Positions 15,021-20,983 of a stretch of DNA of 40,797 bases are shown here, one piece after another. The position numbers and the translations under genes were made by a program. How positions within the stretch are numbered: position 1 is the first letter of the stretch; every line of letters starts with the position of its first letter. The stretch is taken from IMG/VR virus record IMGVR_UViG_3300045988_016629, positions 1 to 40,797 of that record; one strand, written 5' to 3'. Below the pieces are notes generated by a model that was given only the letters and a program-made list of their open reading frames with translations, had not been told where the DNA came from and ran no database searches. The stretch comes from a virus.

Positions 15021-15443
15021 TTAAAAGATTTCGTTGTCCTGTTTCATTTCAGACAAGGCAGAAGCTGTTAGGGTCTTCTCTGCGAGATCTCCTTCTTCAA
15101 TCTCTTCGGAAGTGTAGTAATAGTCAATGATTGGGCATTTCTCTAAAATCTCGTTGTATGCTCCTCTGACAACGTAGATATACTCATCCGTTAGTCCTTC
15201 TGCAATATCTTCTTCCAACTCTTCTATCAAGTCGGAATAATCATAAGAGAATGTATATTTGCCCGAATCTATCCATTTCTGGACTTTTATGATTGTTTCG
15301 AGCTTCAGATTCTCTATTTTTCGCTCACCGTTTCTTACCCTAGTAATTGCTGAACGACTAATTCCTATTTCTCTTTCTAAATAATTAGCTGGTATAGCAT
15401 TGTTCATTAAAACTGTTTCAACTCGTGCAACATTTATTATCAT
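15021..15443 (-). CDS. HTH regulator, Aca-like (N-terminal HTH plus acidic C-terminal domain)
   Basis: IPANYLEREIGISRSAITRVRNGER is an HTH. It is the last gene of the acr operon, starting 1 nt after the AcrIIA5 stop. The C-terminal half is strongly acidic. Confidence 0.65.
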   Translation of the reverse strand: MIINVARVETVLMNNAIPANYLEREIGISRSAITRVRNGERKIENLKLETIIKVQKWIDSGKYTFSYDYSDLIEELEEDIAEGLTDEYIYVVRGAYNEILEKCPIIDYYYTSEEIEEGDLAEKTLTASALSEMKQDNEIF

Positions 15444-15444
15444 T

Positions 15445-15867
15445 TTAGATTACATCCTTCTTTGTCTTATAGCCTTTATAGTAGCATTTGATATCACGTT
15501 CCAATTTAGTAGCATTAATGAATCTGTACTTATCTAAATCAAGAGTATCAATCTTCTCAATGATTTTATCAAGTTTGTTCTCGATGATATCAACGAAGTT
15601 CAATTTACTTGCTTTGACATTAACAATTAAACGACCATTTTCTAGGTCATGATATTTGTTGTCTGCTGAATGATTTGATAAGCGAATTTCGTATTTTCCG
15701 AAATCTTTGTACGCACTATCTTTCATGCTAGATAGATACCATCCGTCAAGATTTTCGAAAGCTTTCTCTAATCTATCCATTTCTTGTGCGTATTCTCTAC
15801 GTTGCTTATTACTTCTGTTAAAACTGCGCTTTCTATATGAGTTATATCTACTTTTTCCGTATGCCAT
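15445..15867 (-). CDS. acrIIA5: Anti-CRISPR AcrIIA5-like protein (140 aa)
   Basis: 140 aa. The basic, disordered-looking N-terminus MAYGKSRYNSYRKRSFNRSNKQRREYAQ followed by an alpha/beta body matches my recollection of AcrIIA5 from S. thermophilus phage D4276. The locus (after lysin, followed by an HTH gene) also fits. Not verified by search. Confidence 0.65.
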   Translation of the reverse strand: MAYGKSRYNSYRKRSFNRSNKQRREYAQEMDRLEKAFENLDGWYLSSMKDSAYKDFGKYEIRLSNHSADNKYHDLENGRLIVNVKASKLNFVDIIENKLDKIIEKIDTLDLDKYRFINATKLERDIKCYYKGYKTKKDVI

Positions 15868-15889
15868 TTTTACTTCCTTCTTTCTTTTT

Positions 15890-16114
15890 TCACTTCATAC
15901 ATTTTGTCCCTTTTTTACGACCTGATCTATAAGCTGATAGAGTTACTTTCCCAGAAATGTTAATCCAGCAATCATAGTCTTCGTTGTATTCGTAAGGGTA
16001 GCAAGCTATTTCAGAATTGTTATTGTCTTTAGTTATTCCACGGACAACTTTCCCGCTCTCTACGTACACTTTTTCGTCATAAACTATGTGCCAACCATCT
16101 TTAATTTGTGTCAT
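15890..16114 (-). CDS. Uncharacterised small protein (74 aa) in the acr operon
   Basis: I prefer the start at 16112-16114 (MTQIKDGWHIVYDEK) because it has the same 26-nt RBS block as acrIIA5. The longer 88-aa ORF overlaps the upstream gene. Confidence 0.6.
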   Translation of the reverse strand: MTQIKDGWHIVYDEKVYVESGKVVRGITKDNNNSEIACYPYEYNEDYDCWINISGKVTLSAYRSGRKKGTKCMK

Positions 16115-16140
16115 TTTTACTTCCTTCTTTCTTTTTTTAA

Positions 16141-16473
16141 TTAAGCTACTTCCCAAACTTTTTCAGAAATGTAGTAAGTACCAATGCTATCACCATCAGC
16201 GATTACTTCGATACCGTAGTAAGCACCAACTTTGTGCATTACTTCGTTGAATTTCACTTCTTTAGCGAAATTCAACACTTGCACCATTGAATGTTTTCCA
16301 GCTTTACGCATTTTAGCTTCTACAGCTTGGAATTTAGCTACGCTAGTGTTTCCTTCTTTAGCATCAGCCCAAGCAATTTTCATAGCTTCAGAGATGTATT
16401 CGATAGCTTTACCACCGAATTTCTTAACTGCTTCTTTAGCGATTTTCCATGCGTTTGTCATAATTTTTTTCAT
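16141..16473 (-). CDS. Uncharacterised protein (110 aa), first gene of the acr operon
   Basis: MKKIMTNAWKIAKEAVKKFGGKAIEYISEAMKIAWADAK. RBS AGAGAGAGGT lies 7 nt before the ATG, directly downstream of a consensus promoter. Confidence 0.65.
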   Translation of the reverse strand: MKKIMTNAWKIAKEAVKKFGGKAIEYISEAMKIAWADAKEGNTSVAKFQAVEAKMRKAGKHSMVQVLNFAKEVKFNEVMHKVGAYYGIEVIADGDSIGTYYISEKVWEVA

Positions 16474-16505
16474 TTTGTTTACCTCTCTCTTTATCTTATG
16501 TATAC

Positions 16506-16535
16506 ATTATATCTTACTTGTTGACATACGTCAAC
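16506..16535 (-). promoter_or_regulatory. acr-operon promoter with overlapping 16-bp palindromic operator
   Basis: Minus strand reads TTGACG (16529-16534), a 17-bp spacer, then TATAAT (16506-11). The perfect palindrome GTTGAC-ATAC-GTCAAC at 16520-16535 covers the -35 element. Confidence 0.65.
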
Positions 16536-16564
16536 GTTTTTGATAAAGAAATTTATATTTTTTT

Positions 16565-16641
16565 GCAAAAAAAGAAAACCCTGACTAATTCAAGTCAGGG
16601 CGAGAGAGAGTTTATCGAAGACTCATCTTTTAACTGTGTCC
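16565..16641 (-). ncRNA. Candidate short transcript 3 (weak promoter TTGCTT-17-TACTAT at 16648-16676, ends at a strong terminator)
   Basis: Terminator CCCUGAC-UUGAAUUA-GUCAGGG (16579-16600) followed by UUUUCUUUUUUU. The body contains CUCUCUCUC (16601-16610), complementary to the SD region of the 110-aa gene. Confidence 0.3.
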
Positions 16642-16678
16642 ATTAATATAGTAGCATTTCTATCAAAATAAAGCAAAC

Positions 16679-16732
16679 AAAAAAACCTCCCTCAGAACGT
16701 ATCTGCGCTTATTCGTGAGAGGCCATTGATAT
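16679..16732 (-). ncRNA. Candidate short transcript 2 (extended -10 promoter, hairpin, U7)
   Basis: TGTTATAAT at 16739-16747 (minus strand), a GC-rich hairpin within 16686-16724, and a U7 tract at 16679-16685. Confidence 0.3.
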
Positions 16733-16749
16733 ATGTATATTATAACACA

Positions 16750-16796
16750 AAAAAATAAAAACGCACCAGACCCCGTAGAGTTACTGGCACTTTCCT
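16750..16796 (-). ncRNA. Candidate short transcript 1 (extended -10 promoter, hairpin, U-tract)
   Basis: TGTTATAAT at 16803-16811 (minus strand). The hairpin GUGCCAG...CUGGUGC (16763-16790) has G-U pairs only on the minus strand. It is followed by GUUUUUAUUUUUU. Confidence 0.3.
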
Positions 16797-16812
16797 AGAT
16801 ATATTATAACAC

Positions 16813-16840
16813 AAAAAAAGCCCCAGCAAAATGCTGAGGC
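16813..16840 (-). terminator. Rho-independent terminator of the lysis/late operon
   Basis: Minus strand reads GCCUCAGCA-UUU-UGCUGGGGC (one mismatch), followed by U7. Confidence 0.7.
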
Positions 16841-16922
16841 TTCGACCACTACTGCCATGATATCCCTATTGCAGTCTTAGGGGAGGTGATATACTCCTTT
16901 TTATTTTTTTAGTTTTCGTGGT

Positions 16923-17768
16923 CTATTGGTAATAGTTTACCAAGTCGTCCTTATTCCAACAAGATAGCCATACTGGACCGAATTGTCCAAACTCGAACAG
17001 TCGCCAATAATATCCGCCGTAGTATCCACCGTTGCCAGTGTCTACAATGTTGGTTTCATCACTAGAGAATGAAAAGTACATTCCAGCTTTAAAATCTTGG
17101 TCTGCTCCATCTGGAAGGTCGTTTCCATCTTTATCAACCCAGTTAACCATTGTAACCGGGATTCCGTTTTCCAAATAATCAAACCCAATTGGGCTTAAAT
17201 AATCACATTTAATCTGCCAAATGCCGTTAACGTATTTGACTTCATTGGCTTCATAGTAAGCCTTTTGTTGTGGAGTTACTGCTGTATTCGCTTGGTTTTT
17301 GGTTTGTGGTGCTGATTCAGAATAGCGCCAAACCTCGATATATGCAGGCTTATTAGCTTCATAGTAATCATTCCACGGATACGTATTGATAGCTTGCCCT
17401 GCTGCTCCTTGAGTTGAGTAGTCACAAGAAATAAAGTTTACGCTATCCATCATTACACCAACGTGTCCACCAGCTCCCCCAGAGCTAGCCATGTCTGCGC
17501 CCCACGACATCAATACGATATCACCAGTTTCAGCATTCCAGTCTTCATTACGACTTATACGATAGAAGCCATTTTTAGCAAGTTGTTGACCAAGTGTGAC
17601 AGTAGATGGTAGCCCTTGGATAGGAATGCCTGCCTCTTTTAAGGCTTGTGACATAGAACCAGAGCAGTCGGCTGTTCCGTCTGATCCATTACGTGAGCCA
17701 TACATCGAGTAGGTAAGCAGATTGCGATGATTGACAAACCAATTAACAAGAGATTGTGGGACATTCAT
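16923..17768 (-). CDS. Endolysin (Amidase_5/CHAP-like N-terminal hydrolase plus C-terminal cell-wall-binding domain)
   Basis: The sequence is typical of S. thermophilus phage lysins (GSDGTADCSGSMSQALKEAGI, HVGVMM). I prefer the start at 17766-17768 (AAGGAGGT 8 nt upstream). The long ORF reaches 17789. The ORF is uninterrupted, so there is no intron. Confidence 0.85.
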   Translation of the reverse strand: MNVPQSLVNWFVNHRNLLTYSMYGSRNGSDGTADCSGSMSQALKEAGIPIQGLPSTVTLGQQLAKNGFYRISRNEDWNAETGDIVLMSWGADMASSGGAGGHVGVMMDSVNFISCDYSTQGAAGQAINTYPWNDYYEANKPAYIEVWRYSESAPQTKNQANTAVTPQQKAYYEANEVKYVNGIWQIKCDYLSPIGFDYLENGIPVTMVNWVDKDGNDLPDGADQDFKAGMYFSFSSDETNIVDTGNGGYYGGYYWRLFEFGQFGPVWLSCWNKDDLVNYYQ

Positions 17769-17769
17769 T

Positions 17770-18012
17770 TTAGTATACCTCCTTGTCATCTAGTGGTTGA
17801 ATATAACTCAATGCTCGTTCACTGTCAGCAATCCCCTTAGTTGTTGGATCGGTAATAATTCCAAGAATAACCAAGATTCCGACAAGGGTATTAATACCCT
17901 CTTGGATGTTGTTTGGGACATGAAGCCCAAACTGTTGCAACATAAGGAACACTGCTGAAATGAGAGCTACTAGAGTAGCTTTGTTTTGTAAACGCAATTT
18001 AAAATTAATCAT
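17770..18012 (-). CDS. Holin (small, two TM helices)
   Basis: MINFKLRLQNKATLVALISAVFLMLQQF ... LVGILVILGIIT. RBS GAGGAAG precedes the ATG at 18010-18012. The long ORF starts at 18033. Confidence 0.75.
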   Translation of the reverse strand: MINFKLRLQNKATLVALISAVFLMLQQFGLHVPNNIQEGINTLVGILVILGIITDPTTKGIADSERALSYIQPLDDKEVY

Positions 18013-18430
18013 TTTCTTCTTCCTCTTCTTCATCTAATAGGATGAATTTTTCTTTATCGATGTTTAATCGAATATACCTGTCTATGTAAGGGAATTTAAC
18101 TCCCAAAGATGACAGGTTAGCCAATATACTTGAACCGTATGCAGCCATCATGGCATATATGAAAGTGTCTATCACGCTTCCTAAGTGCATGAAAATCGCA
18201 AACGGATAAAAAATTATAACAAAAAGCGCTGTAGCTAAATGACTAACAAGCCCTTTTCTAAATTTAAAGCTTGAAAGCTCGTGAAAAGCCCACGCCCTTG
18301 AAACGCCTAAAACAATATCGCTTCCAATCATTTCAATCAGTAAGCATACCGAGAGATGCTCGTCAATGCCATGCTCGTAGAAAACTCGAACGATGTTTAA
18401 AACTTCATATAAGCCATCTGGTTTCTGCAT
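18005..18430 (-). CDS. Holin (class with multiple TM helices, acidic C-terminus)
   Basis: 141 aa with several hydrophobic helices and a C-terminal EEEEEEND tail, located immediately upstream of the second holin and the lysin. Confidence 0.7.
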   Translation of the reverse strand: MQKPDGLYEVLNIVRVFYEHGIDEHLSVCLLIEMIGSDIVLGVSRAWAFHELSSFKFRKGLVSHLATALFVIIFYPFAIFMHLGSVIDTFIYAMMAAYGSSILANLSSLGVKFPYIDRYIRLNIDKEKFILLDEEEEEEND

Positions 18431-18444
18431 TGCACGCTCCTTAA

Positions 18445-18591
18445 CTACTCTTGTGTAAGTTTTGCCAAGAGTTCGTCGTCATTAACCATAGCGGCGATTA
18501 GTTCTTTTACTTTTGGTTTTAATACTTTTGGGACTCGTTTAAATGTGTAGTTATCATTAACAATATTGATGGCGAATAGTTTAGCAAACAT
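18445..18591 (-). CDS. Hypothetical 48-aa protein (below the ORF-track cutoff)
   Basis: Hand translation gives MFAKLFAINIVNDNYTFKRVPKVLKPKVKELIAAMVNDDELLAKLTQE. It fills the gap between the tail genes and the holins. Confidence 0.45.
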   Translation of the reverse strand: MFAKLFAINIVNDNYTFKRVPKVLKPKVKELIAAMVNDDELLAKLTQE

Positions 18592-18597
18592 ATCTTT

Positions 18598-18951
18598 TTA
18601 TCCTTTCTCTTTATCATCAGTCAAGTCGTCATCAGTCAACACTTTTTTCTCGTAAAGTTTATCAACGATATCCATCAACGTTACTTGTGCTGCTTTTGAT
18701 AAATCTTGATGTTTCTTAATTTGTTCTTCAATTTTGTTAAATTTCTCGTTTTCAGCACGTTGAGGGAAGTTTTCTTGGTAAATCACCTCTAGTGCTTCTT
18801 TTAACAAATCAGTGTTTGATAAGTCGATTTTTTCGACTGGCAAAAATACGGGAACGTAAGCTCCTTCGCTATTTTTCAAAACTACTTTTGTAGCATATGC
18901 CGCTCCGCTTGCATCGTATTCTTTAGATTTTGAATCATATTCAAATTTCAT
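18598..18951 (-). CDS. Hypothetical structural-module protein (117 aa)
   Basis: ORF with an RBS, in the conserved position after the tail-tip genes. Confidence 0.55.
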   Translation of the reverse strand: MKFEYDSKSKEYDASGAAYATKVVLKNSEGAYVPVFLPVEKIDLSNTDLLKEALEVIYQENFPQRAENEKFNKIEEQIKKHQDLSKAAQVTLMDIVDKLYEKKVLTDDDLTDDKEKG

Positions 18952-18968
18952 AATTTTTTCCTTTCTTT

Positions 18969-20981
18969 TTATAACATAATTGTTAGTTGACCTAGATATG
19001 CTACATCTTTTCTTGATTGCAAAACAACAAAATTGTTATCACCTTCATTGACCTGTACCTGAGATTGGTTATCGGCAAAAATAGTCCAACCTGTGATTGT
19101 AAACATATAACTTTGTGGTGCTTTAAAAACTTCTTGAGGCACACTAGCCAAGACAAAATCTCTACCCGTGCCTCTAAAATTATATTTAACGGTCAACACA
19201 TCTCCGACTCGTTTATAGAAACTACCTTCAACGCCTGCATATTGCCATCCAGTATTGATGAGATTTGTATTATCATTCCTAGCAAACTCTTTCCAAGGCT
19301 CCCAATCATCAATGATTCTTGACCATCGGTGATGCCTGAAAAACAACCGACCATCATTGCTCCAAAAAGTCTGAATAGCTTCTTTATTTCCGTCAGTGTT
19401 CTTACCATTACAACTGTAATGGAATAAGTACCCCAAATTCCCAACAGGATTTCCAGGTGCGGCTGTAAAAAGATAGTATTGACCAGGTTCGTCAAGTTTG
19501 TTTGCATCACTAAGCCACTTCGGTGATCCGTTATTGGTAGTTAGCTGATATTGTTGAATCTGGCTATCATTAGCATAAATATCACCATCGACGTCAAGCG
19601 CTCCACGTTCCCGATATTTACCAATCCCAACGCCTTGTCGGTCATAGGTCATAATAACTTCATCGGTTGGAACAGTAACTTGGAATGAAGCGCTTGTAAA
19701 CTCATCTTCTAATTTACCTGTAACTATATAAGATGTATCAGCTGGATAACTATTGCCAAGGGGAGCATCAGATGCGTTAAATTCAGAAACCTGTGACCAA
19801 CTTCCACCGGCTTGTCCATTATCTGGAACTTCGTTATCAGAATTGATTTTTCGTGTAGTAAAAGTTAGCTTCATTGTGTTTTTCTGCACGCCGTTAACCG
19901 TCAATGGTGCAATTTTAGCGAACCTCTTAATAACTAGTACATCTAACTTCTTATCACTTCTCTTCACCTCAAATTTAAGTGCTGGGCTGAAATAGAATAG
20001 AAACGTTATTTTCGTCTCTATCCAATCAGACCAGATTCCACGAGAGTCTTGAACTCTACCTCTCAAAGTCATTTGAGTATCTTGGTTAACAGAAACCTCA
20101 CGGAACACCCCGCCATTAGTTGAAACAGAGTTGTTAGCACCAACGATTTCAGCGTAGTAACCAACTATGGTAGCTCCGCTCTTGGCTTTTGCTCCATTGA
20201 AAACAATTTTCACAAGCGACATGATGGATACAAAATATTTCTGTTCTGGGATCATCCTTTGAGATGTAGCATTGGCATCTGTCAAAGTGAATCCCGTGAA
20301 TGATGGTTTTAGGTTGTTTGTGATAACACTTGCTGTCAGTGTTGTTGACTGCGTTTGAATGAAATTTCCATTAATATAAGTATCTACATATATAGTACCC
20401 CGTCCACTTGTTGAATTTGGTATATCGTTAGCGAAATTTTCTGGTATTGTCCATTTATACAACGTTCCAACATTGTCGGCAATTTTACCTTGTTTGTTTC
20501 CCCAAGCGTAGCGTAGTGTATGTGTAGCATCACCTATTTTTCTATCAATAGAAATGTCTACTTGATTACCAATAAATCCATCAGACACTCTCACCGAACT
20601 ACCCCTTGGAATAGTTGTCAGCGTTATTTGTTGATTCCCAATGTCTAGATTTCCGGGACTCCAACCACCAGAACCATTAAAGTGAGCATTTACTCCAAAT
20701 GAGCAAGAACCATCATCTGAGTGATTAATAGTAACTGTTTGATCTATTAATTGGACTGTTTGATACCAACTTAGAACGCTAGGTGAACCAGACCAATTCA
20801 ATCGTTGACCGTTAAATTCGACATAAGCACTACATTGATATTGAGCAAACGTAGTTGTCGTATTTAAAAATGCTAATCGTAACCTAACTTGACTTGTATT
20901 GTTTTGGATATCTTGACCAACCTGGTCGACCCAAAGACGGATACGATATCCACGGTCGTTATTTGACCAAAATTCCGCCAT
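18969..20981 (-). CDS. Tail-tip/baseplate structural protein (670 aa), putative receptor-binding accessory
   Basis: Large beta-rich protein directly after the antireceptor. Its size matches orf670 of Sfi21-like phages as I recall them. Confidence 0.65.
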   Translation of the reverse strand: MAEFWSNNDRGYRIRLWVDQVGQDIQNNTSQVRLRLAFLNTTTTFAQYQCSAYVEFNGQRLNWSGSPSVLSWYQTVQLIDQTVTINHSDDGSCSFGVNAHFNGSGGWSPGNLDIGNQQITLTTIPRGSSVRVSDGFIGNQVDISIDRKIGDATHTLRYAWGNKQGKIADNVGTLYKWTIPENFANDIPNSTSGRGTIYVDTYINGNFIQTQSTTLTASVITNNLKPSFTGFTLTDANATSQRMIPEQKYFVSIMSLVKIVFNGAKAKSGATIVGYYAEIVGANNSVSTNGGVFREVSVNQDTQMTLRGRVQDSRGIWSDWIETKITFLFYFSPALKFEVKRSDKKLDVLVIKRFAKIAPLTVNGVQKNTMKLTFTTRKINSDNEVPDNGQAGGSWSQVSEFNASDAPLGNSYPADTSYIVTGKLEDEFTSASFQVTVPTDEVIMTYDRQGVGIGKYRERGALDVDGDIYANDSQIQQYQLTTNNGSPKWLSDANKLDEPGQYYLFTAAPGNPVGNLGYLFHYSCNGKNTDGNKEAIQTFWSNDGRLFFRHHRWSRIIDDWEPWKEFARNDNTNLINTGWQYAGVEGSFYKRVGDVLTVKYNFRGTGRDFVLASVPQEVFKAPQSYMFTITGWTIFADNQSQVQVNEGDNNFVVLQSRKDVAYLGQLTIML

Positions 20982-20983
20982 GA

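Noticed and set aside
16565-16800. Resemblance of the terminator hairpins to tracrRNA 3' hairpins (CCCTG...CAGGG, GTGCCAG...CTGGTGC)
   Set aside because: Similarity is limited to 5-7-nt GC-rich stem segments, which are common to many terminators. No anti-repeat-like segment is present.
16781-16858. 25-codon ORF (MAVVVEASAFCWGFFCVIIYLGKCQ) downstream of the lysin gene
   Set aside because: It has a poor RBS and runs through the lysin terminator and the following promoter. It is more likely a by-product of those elements.
16923-17789. Group I intron in the lysin gene, which is known in some S. thermophilus phages
   Set aside because: The lysin reading frame is continuous and of normal length. 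No intervening structured insert is present.
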